Virus record (IMG/VR): IMGVR_UViG_3300042386_001233
Location: 62,001-126,000 of that record
Strand: one strand, 5' to 3'
DNA: 64,000 nucleotides
This document shows, in pieces, positions 10,229 to 19,687 of the stretch. The notes below the pieces were generated by a model. It saw only the letters and a list, made by a program, of their open reading frames with translations, had not been told where the DNA came from and searched no databases. The translations under genes were made by a program, and so were the position numbers. Positions within the stretch are counted from its first letter, which is position 1, and each line of letters begins with the position of its first letter.

Positions 10229-11103
10229 GAAACAAAGAACTCCTCAAGTTTTATTTTTTGTAATAGTGTGTTGACGCTGCTATAAAATGCATTAAAGCTA
10301 TGATTGGATTGTATCCATGATTGATTGTGTAAAATATCCTCTTTGCTAAGCTCATCATTAATAATAGAGTTTAGTACTGTGTTAATATTACTATAGTCAA
10401 ATAGTAGTGTTATCCCTTTAATCTCTGGATTATGGCTTGTGGAAGTTATTGTTTTACATCCTAGATATTGGGAAATAAGAACATTCATAGGATTGTATAT
10501 GTCAATACATACTTTATATTTAGACATAATACTATATAGTGTATTGATTGAATCAATATGCTGCAATCCATTGATTATTTGTGCTGTTGGGAATTCATTT
10601 TTAATATGCTGATATAAATTATTAATTTCTTGACTATTATTTGCATTCATAATCAAAATAGATTCTGTTTTCTTTATATTATTAAGATCTTCGAATACTG
10701 GTATTCCATATGGTACTATTATATTCTTTTCATCAATATCACAGCCCCAAGCTTTTAATGTTTGAATATCAGAAAATATTTTTGTTGTATCATGTAATTG
10801 GTTTTTTACTAAAGCAATGTCTTCTTTTTTAAACTTTACCGGAGGACCATTATGGAACCAAACCATATCTATTAAATGCTGATTATGAGCTAGCATTTTG
10901 GTTTGCTGAGTATGCTCCAAGAAATTATTGCTCCAAAACAAGTCATAATAATAGTTTTGTAAACTACTATTTGTCTGATATAGATTAACTTCTAGTAACC
11001 CTGCTAGTAAATCAAAAGTATTATTTGTTGGAGAATACAGAATATTAGTATTTTTATTAACATACTTATATGCTATATTGTATATAGGATTAGAATAACT
11101 CAT
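10225..11103 (-). CDS. Degenerate GT-B glycosyltransferase-like protein
   Basis: IIVPYGI..LYSIMSKYKVCID..YLGCKTI pattern; EX7E absent. Confidence 0.5.
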   Translation of the reverse strand: MSYSNPIYNIAYKYVNKNTNILYSPTNNTFDLLAGLLEVNLYQTNSSLQNYYYDLFWSNNFLEHTQQTKMLAHNQHLIDMVWFHNGPPVKFKKEDIALVKNQLHDTTKIFSDIQTLKAWGCDIDEKNIIVPYGIPVFEDLNNIKKTESILIMNANNSQEINNLYQHIKNEFPTAQIINGLQHIDSINTLYSIMSKYKVCIDIYNPMNVLISQYLGCKTITSTSHNPEIKGITLLFDYSNINTVLNSIINDELSKEDILHNQSWIQSNHSFNAFYSSVNTLLQKIKLEEFFVS

Positions 11104-11104
11104 T

Positions 11105-12106
11105 TTATAGATATTTATTAATGTGATTTGTTTTAAACAAAGAGGCCGTGTTGTGTATCTGTCTCACTTCTAGATATTTTTTAATGCTGCTATTTATTGT
11201 TTGAGAAGATATCTTTAAAGATCCAGCTTGATTAATTTTATTAGACCCATCAGTTAAACTAAAGATATAGTCAGGATCAATCTTGATAATATTCTTCTTT
11301 AAGCTATTGGCTATTTTTAGATTAATACTATTTGATCCATAGTCAACAGCATCAATAAAGACATCTCCAGACTTATGGGCTGCATATATGTTATTTAAGT
11401 CTGATGTTATTGGAGCAATAATGACTCTGTTTATTGAGTATTTTGTGTCCATACTATTGTAAGTTTCTTTGATAAATTTCTCCAATTCAGCCTTTTCAGA
11501 TGAGGATATATCCAGAGTGAACAAAACCAATACTATATCTTTAGATCTTAGATTTCCAATAAATGATACTATAGTATCATATATAACTCTGACATTTGTT
11601 CTATAATTGCATACCATGTATAGTTTTTCACTATTGTTTAGTAGCCCTATATTAAATCCAGCTTTATAAGATGAATCAACATCAAAAACATAATCTATGT
11701 TCTTAACTAGTTTTTGCAATGTGGGGTAAGCTTGAGAAAACCTGATAACATCTGGCTTGTTGTCTACTAATATTCCGTCAAACCTTAGGACTTTATCTAT
11801 AACATCTTTTGGTACAAGGTTCGTATCTATAATTGGTATTAATATGTTTCTGTCTACCGAATCTATAACACAAGCCTTATTCAAAGGAACATGCTGAATA
11901 ACAGTATCAATCTTTGATAAGTGTATATTTTCTTGACGACATAGAGCTTCGTCTATATTCTTTATAGCACATTTACTATCAAGAAATATTGGTCTTAGTG
12001 ATATATTTTTTGATCGGTCGCTAAGCATGTTTTGTATTAATGCTGTTGACCACAATCCATTAATATCTCTTTGTCGATATGGTCCAATGTATAGAGTATT
12101 ATTCAT
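11105..12106 (-). CDS. Degenerate GT4-like glycosyltransferase
   Basis: LYIGPYR..DTVIQH..AHKSGDVFID; EX7E lost. Confidence 0.5.
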   Translation of the reverse strand: MNNTLYIGPYRQRDINGLWSTALIQNMLSDRSKNISLRPIFLDSKCAIKNIDEALCRQENIHLSKIDTVIQHVPLNKACVIDSVDRNILIPIIDTNLVPKDVIDKVLRFDGILVDNKPDVIRFSQAYPTLQKLVKNIDYVFDVDSSYKAGFNIGLLNNSEKLYMVCNYRTNVRVIYDTIVSFIGNLRSKDIVLVLFTLDISSSEKAELEKFIKETYNSMDTKYSINRVIIAPITSDLNNIYAAHKSGDVFIDAVDYGSNSINLKIANSLKKNIIKIDPDYIFSLTDGSNKINQAGSLKISSQTINSSIKKYLEVRQIHNTASLFKTNHINKYL

Positions 12107-12108
12107 TA

Positions 12109-13776
12109 TTAGGTTACGTTTTTCAGGTGTGCGTATGTGATAAAATCTTCATCAAATTTAACATTATTATTCTTAACATTTTCTGCTTGATTATTATTAT
12201 CTATCATAGTATTAATATAGTCAAGAGTATTATTAAAATCAAAAGGAGCCATTGATGTAGCACTAGATTGTACAAATCCATAGTCTGCATTTTTAAGCAG
12301 TTCTAACATTTTGTATGATCCTATGAGTTCTGTTTCTTGGAAATTATTATTGCATATTCCAATAAGTCTATCAAAATGGGTCTGAGGATCAATATTTGAC
12401 TCTTTGATTACTGGTGTCTCATATTTTCCAGTATTCCATTTAGACCTATATCCCTTTGCATCTAATTCGTCAAAATACTTTTCCCATTTTTGAGCAATAT
12501 TATCCCAATTATAGTGCTGATGTGTCAGATCTTGAATTTCATGTCTTAATTTTTCTCTGGTTGGTTTTGGCTTATTGATAAAATCAATTATATAATTAGC
12601 TAAATCATTATTATCTGGATAAACCCGTAAAGCTTTTGTTTCTAGTTCTTTAAATAGAGTTTGTATCTTGATTGGGTAGGCTTTTAATTTTTTAACTATA
12701 TCACACATAGCACTATAATCCACGGTAGCTATCGGCACACCACAAGCCCCAGCCTCCACCTGCGGCATACCAAATCCCTCACAGATTGAGTACTGAACAT
12801 AAAGATCAAATATGTTGTATATGCTACTCAGAGTGTCAGAAGATACACCTTCTGTTACAGATGGAAAGGTCATGCTTTTGCTCATACATTTTACACAAAC
12901 CTTTTGTGGGCCAGTAAATACAGAGCACTGGGTTGTCTTACAGTTTTTACATATATAGGTGAATAGAACCCTATTACTAACTCTTGACTGTCTTAGTAGT
13001 TCAGGAATATCCCAACCCATATCAGGATAGCTAGTATGAAGATATAGATATAGATTCTCTCCCAAAGAACTATTAGAGGCTTCTAATCTATCTAGGACTT
13101 CTCTGAAAGTGGTAAATAATTCTGGTATTAGTTTGCGTTTTTGGTTACGCATAACTGATCCTATTATGATAGAATCAGGAGATAGTCCAAGCTGTTGTTT
13201 AATATCGCTTCTGTTTTTTATCTTAAAGGTATTAATATCCACGCCAGGGGAAGTAGTATCTATATAATTAATCTTGTTAGATGATTGCTCTTTAAGAACT
13301 TCCGCACCCCAATCAGAGTATGTAAAGACTGCATCTGCGTCTAAGAAGGTATCTATCCATTCTTCTTGCTGTGGTGAAGAATCTACTGTTGGCATTAATA
13401 TCCAATGGAAAAATTTTCTAAGAGGAGAGGATCCTTGGTAAGCACTCATCCAATAATCACGAACATCAATAACGATATCTGGTTTAAAGTCCAATAAAAC
13501 CTTTTCAAAACGCCAGCGTCCAAACTGATTGTCTACTCTGGACGAATATTCTTTATGTCTATGGTCTGAATCTTTAACAGCATTGGCGTAGTATTTCCAG
13601 TGAATAGATACATCCCTCGGATCATTAACAAAACCATAAGAAGCGAATTCTGCTATTTCATACTTATTGGTTTTGTGTAAACGAGTTAGTAGTTCTTTTG
13701 CATATATACCGAAACCAGAATGAATAAAACTGGCTTCAGAGCACATCAAGATTTTTAATTTATTGTTTTTTGTCAT
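12109..13776 (-). CDS. GT4 (GT-B) glycosyltransferase with Cys4 insertion
   Basis: SGFGIYA, RNQKRK and FDLYVQYSICEGFGMPQVEAGACGVP (intact EX7E); CKNC..CVKC insertion. Confidence 0.85.
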   Translation of the reverse strand: MTKNNKLKILMCSEASFIHSGFGIYAKELLTRLHKTNKYEIAEFASYGFVNDPRDVSIHWKYYANAVKDSDHRHKEYSSRVDNQFGRWRFEKVLLDFKPDIVIDVRDYWMSAYQGSSPLRKFFHWILMPTVDSSPQQEEWIDTFLDADAVFTYSDWGAEVLKEQSSNKINYIDTTSPGVDINTFKIKNRSDIKQQLGLSPDSIIIGSVMRNQKRKLIPELFTTFREVLDRLEASNSSLGENLYLYLHTSYPDMGWDIPELLRQSRVSNRVLFTYICKNCKTTQCSVFTGPQKVCVKCMSKSMTFPSVTEGVSSDTLSSIYNIFDLYVQYSICEGFGMPQVEAGACGVPIATVDYSAMCDIVKKLKAYPIKIQTLFKELETKALRVYPDNNDLANYIIDFINKPKPTREKLRHEIQDLTHQHYNWDNIAQKWEKYFDELDAKGYRSKWNTGKYETPVIKESNIDPQTHFDRLIGICNNNFQETELIGSYKMLELLKNADYGFVQSSATSMAPFDFNNTLDYINTMIDNNNQAENVKNNNVKFDEDFITYAHLKNVT

Positions 13777-13820
13777 AAAAAATAGACAGGGGCCTGCTCA
13801 TCACAGACCCCCGTTTATTG
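13777..13820 (-). terminator. Rho-independent terminator after ssb
   Basis: Minus strand ACGGGGGTCTG-loop-CAGGCCCCTGT followed by CTATTTTTT. Confidence 0.7.
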
Positions 13821-13841
13821 TTTCCTTACATTCTCATAAGA

Positions 13842-14213
13842 TTAAAACGCTACAGGTTCGGATGAGTCCTGCTTGCTGTTCTTTGTTAAGCGAGTGATCT
13901 TAGAAAAGTTATTTACTCTAACCTTAAGACTACTGTGCTTAACTCCGTCCTTTTCCCAGGTATCGTTCCTTAAAGATCCCTCGACCATAACCAAATCACC
14001 CTTCTTGAATGACTCAGCAATCATCTCGGCACCACTATCCCAAGCTTCACAATTAATGAAAGAAGTAATCTTGTCTTTGTCGCCACTAGCCTTCGTATAT
14101 TCACGAGATACAGCTACTGTAAAATTAACAACAGATGTTTGCTTGCCACCAGTATTAACAATCCTTAATTCTGGATCACGAGCAAGATTACCTCTAAGCA
14201 ATGTAATATTCAT
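13842..14213 (-). CDS. ssb: Single-stranded DNA-binding protein
   Basis: LRGNLARDPELR..FINCEAW..KGDLVMVEGSL and acidic C-tail ending VAF; start moved to ATG 14213, behind an AAGGAG RBS. Confidence 0.95.
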   Translation of the reverse strand: MNITLLRGNLARDPELRIVNTGGKQTSVVNFTVAVSREYTKASGDKDKITSFINCEAWDSGAEMIAESFKKGDLVMVEGSLRNDTWEKDGVKHSSLKVRVNNFSKITRLTKNSKQDSSEPVAF

Positions 14214-14256
14214 ATATATCAAACTCCTTGTAAAAAAGAAATCACGCAACTACTAC

Positions 14257-14284
14257 ATTATAGCAATGAGCCGTTGATTGTCAA
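14257..14284 (-). promoter_or_regulatory. Consensus sigma70 promoter for ssb
   Basis: TTGACA-N16-TATAAT with TGn extended -10. Confidence 0.8.
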
Positions 14285-15906
14285 GTTATAGGCTCAAAAC
14301 ACTTTTCTACGATCAGACCGTCCTTGCTTTTGCTTTTATTTCCTGAAAAGACTAAAATATTACCTATAAATAAATAAGATCTATACTGGGAAAACTGTTC
14401 AGGAAAAAAGACCACAGAATCCAAAGTTCCGTATTGATCCTCTATGGTAACAAAAGCCATCTCTAGACCCGGATTCTTACCGCTCTTAGTTTTAGTAACA
14501 TTAACATTCCCAATCTCTCCTACTAAAACTATGTTTTCTTTTAGCAATGATGTCTTGAATGTTTTACAATTACAATTGGCCATAGTAATATCATAAACAT
14601 CAAGTTTAGAGCATGTGATACCAACCCCTAGTAAATCATTTTCTTGATCTGATAACCATTCTATTTTATCAATTAAGGAGTAAGGCGGATGTCCTAATGA
14701 TCTTATATAGTTCGCTATTGTTTCTTTTCGTCCTCTGATTAGTTTAGTTTCAGTATATAAAGCACTGAGAATGTCTATTATAGTACTATCTATCATGGTC
14801 TTTGAGTAAATATTAAATACCGTTTGCTCTTTTTTGGTTAATCCAGAACATATTTCATATTCGAAGAGCATCTCTGATCTATTTTTCTTATAGTAGTCAA
14901 ATGCGCCGCTACTAATCAAAGCCTTGGCTGCAACAGAGTTTATATTCATCAGAATATTGCCGACCATTTGTGGCCACGTTATATCATTAACATTCGTGTT
15001 CTTTGTTAGTTCTAATATTTTCTTGTATACAGACTGTCCTACCCCCTTTATGTCTGTTAAGCCAAAGTATATCTTTTGATTTTTCAATATGAAAAGCTCA
15101 TTTAAATTTCTAAAGTCAGGAATATGGACTTCTATATCCATCTCCATAGCATTTCTAACCAACTCTTTTATTTCCTGTTGAGGATCTATTTTGTCCTTAG
15201 CGAACCTGAGATATGATGCAAAAAAGATCTTGGGGAAATGTGCTTTAGCATACGCTGATAAATAAGCATTCATTGCATAGCTTATGGAATGACTAGCATT
15301 AAATAAGTATCTTTGTGATTTTTCAATCCATTCGAATATTTGTTCTGCTTCTGGTTCTGATAGTTTCCCAGTCTGCTTAGATCCTTCTATAAACTTCTTA
15401 CGGACTTTTGCCATTTTATCTGCTTGCTTTTTACCAATGGCTTTTCTTAGATCGTCTGCTTCTTGTAAATTGAAACCCGCTAGCTCTTTAGCTATAGACA
15501 TAGCCTGTTCTTGGTAAATCATTTCAGAATAGGTATGTTTTAAGATTGGCTCTAGTGCTGGATGGAAATAGTCAATAGACTCTAAGCCATTCTTTTTATC
15601 TATATAATGATTGCTTACGCTTTTACCATCTCTATGTGCCTCAAGACAACCCGGCCTAAGAATACTGATCAAGCCAGATAGCTGCTCAATATTTTGAGGC
15701 TTTAATTTCCGGGCCATGGTTTGTCCTAATCTGGACTCTAGCTGAAAACATCCTTTAGTATTGCCTTCGGATATCAGTTCCCATGTTTTATAGCATTCTA
15801 AACTAATGTTAGATAGTTTGGGAGAAAATTTTATTTTAGGAAATTCTCCACCCTTATCTAATACTTCAAATTTACATCCACAATCAAATACAAAAGAGTC
15901 TGACAT
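14281..15906 (-). CDS. dnaE: DNA polymerase III alpha, C-terminal half (fingers, HhH, OB)
   Basis: GCFQLES, LRPG, IYQEQAM, ADDLRKAIGKK, YLFNASHS, GLTDIKGVG, MAFVTIEDQYG. Confidence 0.93.
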   Translation of the reverse strand: MSDSFVFDCGCKFEVLDKGGEFPKIKFSPKLSNISLECYKTWELISEGNTKGCFQLESRLGQTMARKLKPQNIEQLSGLISILRPGCLEAHRDGKSVSNHYIDKKNGLESIDYFHPALEPILKHTYSEMIYQEQAMSIAKELAGFNLQEADDLRKAIGKKQADKMAKVRKKFIEGSKQTGKLSEPEAEQIFEWIEKSQRYLFNASHSISYAMNAYLSAYAKAHFPKIFFASYLRFAKDKIDPQQEIKELVRNAMEMDIEVHIPDFRNLNELFILKNQKIYFGLTDIKGVGQSVYKKILELTKNTNVNDITWPQMVGNILMNINSVAAKALISSGAFDYYKKNRSEMLFEYEICSGLTKKEQTVFNIYSKTMIDSTIIDILSALYTETKLIRGRKETIANYIRSLGHPPYSLIDKIEWLSDQENDLLGVGITCSKLDVYDITMANCNCKTFKTSLLKENIVLVGEIGNVNVTKTKSGKNPGLEMAFVTIEDQYGTLDSVVFFPEQFSQYRSYLFIGNILVFSGNKSKSKDGLIVEKCFEPIT

Positions 15907-15908
15907 AT

Positions 15909-16607
15909 TTATCCAACGGTAAATGCTGATTTAAATTTTACTTTATTCGAAATATTACGATGTAGTCTAAGAAAACGAATTAAAATATCTGCCGTATCCT
16001 TAACGTCTTTAAGAGCATCGTGAGCGCCCTCTTTACTAATTCCTAGATAGTCTCTAAGGTTATCTAGTGTATAGTTTTTAAGTTCATTATTTCCTTCAAA
16101 CCAATAAAAAACCAAATTCATCAAATCTATAACATCTCTTGGATAAAAAAGATCTGAACGACCCTCTTTATTAAGATTGTCATATTTTTTACTAAGCCTC
16201 TCCATTATTCGTAAATCAAATCTGTTGATATTATACCCAGCAGCAATCGGAGCAGTAAAACATGATTTTTTACCGCTTGATCGTGAATGATACATATTCA
16301 GATATGATACAAATAATTGCCATCCATTTTCTTGCTTTTGATAGGACTTCCAGTCAGCTAAAATAGCATCTTTAGTACTAGACCTAACTTTCGCATGAAA
16401 GTCTAGAACATCAGAATCTCCATAAGCATAATCAATATTATTTTCTAAAGCTTCTGGCTTTATCGTAATATTAAATTCAGAATCTGGTATAACTTCTAGT
16501 CGATATGGATCGATCATTATAGCAGCAATCTGAACAGGACTACATGTGTCGGGATTAATCCCGTCGGTTTCAAGATCAAATACGCAAATTTTTTGTAAAT
16601 TAGCCAT
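15909..16607 (-). CDS. DEDDh 3'-5' exonuclease (DnaQ/epsilon-like)
   Basis: VFDLETDG, AGYNINRFD, AHDALKDV. Confidence 0.9.
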   Translation of the reverse strand: MANLQKICVFDLETDGINPDTCSPVQIAAIMIDPYRLEVIPDSEFNITIKPEALENNIDYAYGDSDVLDFHAKVRSSTKDAILADWKSYQKQENGWQLFVSYLNMYHSRSSGKKSCFTAPIAAGYNINRFDLRIMERLSKKYDNLNKEGRSDLFYPRDVIDLMNLVFYWFEGNNELKNYTLDNLRDYLGISKEGAHDALKDVKDTADILIRFLRLHRNISNKVKFKSAFTVG

Positions 16608-16779
16608 TTACCACTACTACTGTTGAACCTGGGAAAAATGCCTTCTGGTTATTATCAGCTGCTACTTGACAGTTGATAGATCTGCAACAACTAACTCTGA
16701 CTTCTTCTGTCTTAACGTATTCAACATTGTTAACAGTGAATTTATCACCGAGCACTAATTCTTCAAATTTCTTTTCCAT
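16600..16779 (-). CDS. Small 59-aa protein between the dnaE halves (not in the ORF track)
   Basis: Hand-translated MEKKFEELVLGDKFTVNNVEYVKTEEVRVSCCRSINCQVAADNNQKAFFPGSTVVVVNG; GGAG RBS; overlaps the exonuclease start. Confidence 0.7.
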   Translation of the reverse strand: MEKKFEELVLGDKFTVNNVEYVKTEEVRVSCCRSINCQVAADNNQKAFFPGSTVVVVNG

Positions 16780-16781
16780 GA

Positions 16782-18650
16782 TTATTCTCCATATTTTAAT
16801 ATGTCTGATATTGTCATAATTTTATCCAACATAGCAACGCCCAGAATATCAAATTTAATTAAACCAAGACTTTCTAAATCCTGCATTTCCATACCGGCTA
16901 TGGCCTGTTTATTCTTTGTGTCATATACCATTGGACATACAGAACTAAGTTTTTTGCTACTAATAACTACACCAGCAGCATGTTTAGATTGATTTGACTT
17001 GGTTCCTTCCAGCCTGATTGCTTGCTCAAATCTTTTGGCCAGTGGTCCCTCCAGAACGTTGTCATTAGATATATAGCACCATTCCTTGAGTTTGTCAACA
17101 TTATTTTCTAAAGCCCAACGTATGATAGAAGCTTCTCCAGTATCTTCTTTCATTTCTTGCAATTCGTCTGCAATTTTTGCTTCGTCAGGAATACTTTTAG
17201 TAATTCTGTTCATTTCATCAAAGGATATATTACCATAAACTCTTAAAACTTCCTTTAAAGCTCCTCTACCTTTCATAGTATTAAAAGTTATCATTTGAGA
17301 TACTTTTTCTATTCCATATTTATCTTTAATATAGTCTATGACATATTGTCTTTTGGTAATTGGTACGTCCACATCAATATCTGGCATGGATATATGATCT
17401 GCAGTATTTCTTCCTTCGTTATAAAATCTCTCAAACAACAAATCATACTTAATAGGATTAATATCTGTAATACCGACAAGATATGATACCAAACATCCAG
17501 CAGCACTACCTCTACCCGGTCCTGGTAGCCATCCATTGGACTTAACATAATTGACAATATCTTGAATAATTAAAAAATAACTAGATAATCCAGCACCTTG
17601 TAGAACTTTTAATTCAAACTTGATACGATTAACATAGGTTTCGTGTTCAGACTCTGGAACTTTATCAGCAATCTTTTCTCTCCAGCCATCTCGACAAAGT
17701 TGTCTAAGATATTCGTCTGGATCAGCATTATTGGGACATTCAAACGTTGGAAGGGATGGCTTGCTCAATATATTGTATTCTTCACATAGCGAGTCTACAT
17801 ACAAAGTGTTTTCGATCTCTTCTTCTGTATGAATATCACTCATCTCTTCTGGAGATAGTATGTGATAATTATCTGACTGAAAAAAACAACTCAATGGAAC
17901 ATCTTGATTAGCTAATAGCTTTTTATTCACATCTACTAAAGTAGTCTTCAGATTGTTACATAGTAGAATTCTTTGGTCTATGGCGTCTTCTTTTGTGCAA
18001 TAATGAGCATCTGGTGTGCATATTACTTTTGTTTTTGTTTTACTGCCCAAAGAACGAACAAAATCTGTTATGTCTCTTTGTGCAGGATTGAGTGCTTGGT
18101 CCATAAGCTGTGCTTCTAAAAAGAAGTTCTCTTGACCAAATATTTCTTTCATTTTAGCTACAAAATCTATACCTATCTTATCCATTGTTCCAGACTGGTT
18201 TTCTAATAGATCTGGCAAGAGAGATCCCAAATGACCACAGAACCCTATAATATTCCCATCCAAAAAATTAGCTAGTCTGTCCATACTAATTCTTGGCTTA
18301 TGATAAAAATTTTCTTCTTTATTGGTTTCGGAAGCTATTGAGATTAAATTACGCCACCCCTTTAAATTCTTCGCCAATACTAAAAAATGACTAAGCTTGC
18401 TATTTTCTTTAGTTTTGATGTTAGAATCTTCATGGGAAATATAAAGTTCACAACCTAGTATTGGCTTTATATTTTGAGCTTTAAGAGCTTGGAAAAATTG
18501 AACACATCCAGAAATAGAACCATGATCAGTTAATGCACACGATTTAATCCCAGTGTTAGCACATCTTTGAGCAATCTGATGAGGCTTGCTGATACCGTCC
18601 AATAGGCTGTAGTGAGAGTGTGTATGCAATGCGGCATAAGTTTTAGTCAT
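16782..18650 (-). CDS. dnaE: DNA polymerase III alpha, N-terminal half (PHP, palm, thumb)
   Basis: HTHSHYSLLDG, TDHG, DAHY, GPGRGSAAG, MPDIDVD, GLIKFDILG. Confidence 0.95.
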   Translation of the reverse strand: MTKTYAALHTHSHYSLLDGISKPHQIAQRCANTGIKSCALTDHGSISGCVQFFQALKAQNIKPILGCELYISHEDSNIKTKENSKLSHFLVLAKNLKGWRNLISIASETNKEENFYHKPRISMDRLANFLDGNIIGFCGHLGSLLPDLLENQSGTMDKIGIDFVAKMKEIFGQENFFLEAQLMDQALNPAQRDITDFVRSLGSKTKTKVICTPDAHYCTKEDAIDQRILLCNNLKTTLVDVNKKLLANQDVPLSCFFQSDNYHILSPEEMSDIHTEEEIENTLYVDSLCEEYNILSKPSLPTFECPNNADPDEYLRQLCRDGWREKIADKVPESEHETYVNRIKFELKVLQGAGLSSYFLIIQDIVNYVKSNGWLPGPGRGSAAGCLVSYLVGITDINPIKYDLLFERFYNEGRNTADHISMPDIDVDVPITKRQYVIDYIKDKYGIEKVSQMITFNTMKGRGALKEVLRVYGNISFDEMNRITKSIPDEAKIADELQEMKEDTGEASIIRWALENNVDKLKEWCYISNDNVLEGPLAKRFEQAIRLEGTKSNQSKHAAGVVISSKKLSSVCPMVYDTKNKQAIAGMEMQDLESLGLIKFDILGVAMLDKIMTISDILKYGE

Positions 18651-19687
18651 ACTGTTCCTGGGGCCTTGTATAATCCAATAGAGTGTTTCGGGTGCTTGTA
18701 CAAGTTCATTGTAGTGTCGATTCCGTAAAGATCAAGATCATGTTTTACCTGTTCACACTTTGTCATGGTTTGGCCAACAGAGCATGTTTGACCGTCTCTA
18801 TATTCTGTTATAGGAGTGACATTAGTATTGTCAAAAGTTGTTTTGCCAAAATGACATAATTTGTTACACATCCAGCTTTTATGTAATCTGGGTTTTTTAG
18901 TATTTTTAATAAGTTCGTACTTAGCCCTCAGCATGTTCTCTGTTTCTGCTAAGTCAGAATCATTAAAACATATAGTAAATGGACCTCCATCATTAATAAA
19001 ATAAATAGAGAACATTATATGGTTAATCTTAGGATATAAATGCTTAATAGCATAATGATATATTCTTAATTGAGGATCTCTTTCCAATTTTTCTTGAGTC
19101 TTTTCTTCTCCTGTAGCCCAGTCAAGTCTCCTACCAGTTTTCCAGTCTATAATTTCTATGGTGGTATCATTAACCAGAGTTATTAGGTCAATAGTTCCCT
19201 TAAGAGCTAAATTACCAGTAATCTTCTTATCTTCTACATCATACGAATATTTAGCCCATGGTTTAGATATCTCAAAGTCAAAGTGTTGTTCTGGACATAG
19301 AACATTTCTATTTCTAGGATCAAACATCCCATTGTTAAACTCGATTGCTTTATATACCCAAGCCCGACAATCTTTTAAGTCTTTGGGAGACCATTTATGG
19401 TGCTGTGTTTGTTGAGTATAATAATCGTAGACTTTATCAATAATTTCATCCAGATTATAGCTATGTACATTTATTAAACCAAAGACATCGTCTTCTACAG
19501 TGTCTAGATTGTCTTGTTGTGCCTTTTTAATAACTGCTAAAATTTCTAGAACTTTATGAGTTATTGTTCCTTTATCTGCCTTTTGACCAGACGGACCCCG
19601 CCACCCTAGTACATATTCAGCAAAATATTGCTGTTCACAGAGACTATGAGTATTGTAAGAAGAACTTCTAAAGTATGTTATTATCAT
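18647..19687 (-). CDS. PD-(D/E)XK exonuclease (AddB/Cas4-like)
   Basis: GTITHKVLE, LKGTIDLI, IIDWKTG, QLRIY; N-terminal Cys and C-terminal CNKLC. Confidence 0.85.
   Translation of the reverse strand: MIITYFRSSSYNTHSLCEQQYFAEYVLGWRGPSGQKADKGTITHKVLEILAVIKKAQQDNLDTVEDDVFGLINVHSYNLDEIIDKVYDYYTQQTQHHKWSPKDLKDCRAWVYKAIEFNNGMFDPRNRNVLCPEQHFDFEISKPWAKYSYDVEDKKITGNLALKGTIDLITLVNDTTIEIIDWKTGRRLDWATGEEKTQEKLERDPQLRIYHYAIKHLYPKINHIMFSIYFINDGGPFTICFNDSDLAETENMLRAKYELIKNTKKPRLHKSWMCNKLCHFGKTTFDNTNVTPITEYRDGQTCSVGQTMTKCEQVKHDLDLYGIDTTMNLYKHPKHSIGLYKAPGTV

Noticed and set aside
12843-12849. GGTGTAT inside the GT4 gene
   Set aside because: Within coding sequence; compatible with chance.
15850-16830. Split intein or self-splicing intron at the dnaE break
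   Set aside because: No intein N-terminal Cys block or C-terminal HN-C/S/T, and the gap is filled by coding ORFs, leaving no room for a structured intron.
18647-19687. Cas4-like nuclease as part of a CRISPR system
   Set aside because: No repeat-spacer array or other cas genes seen; the context is replication.
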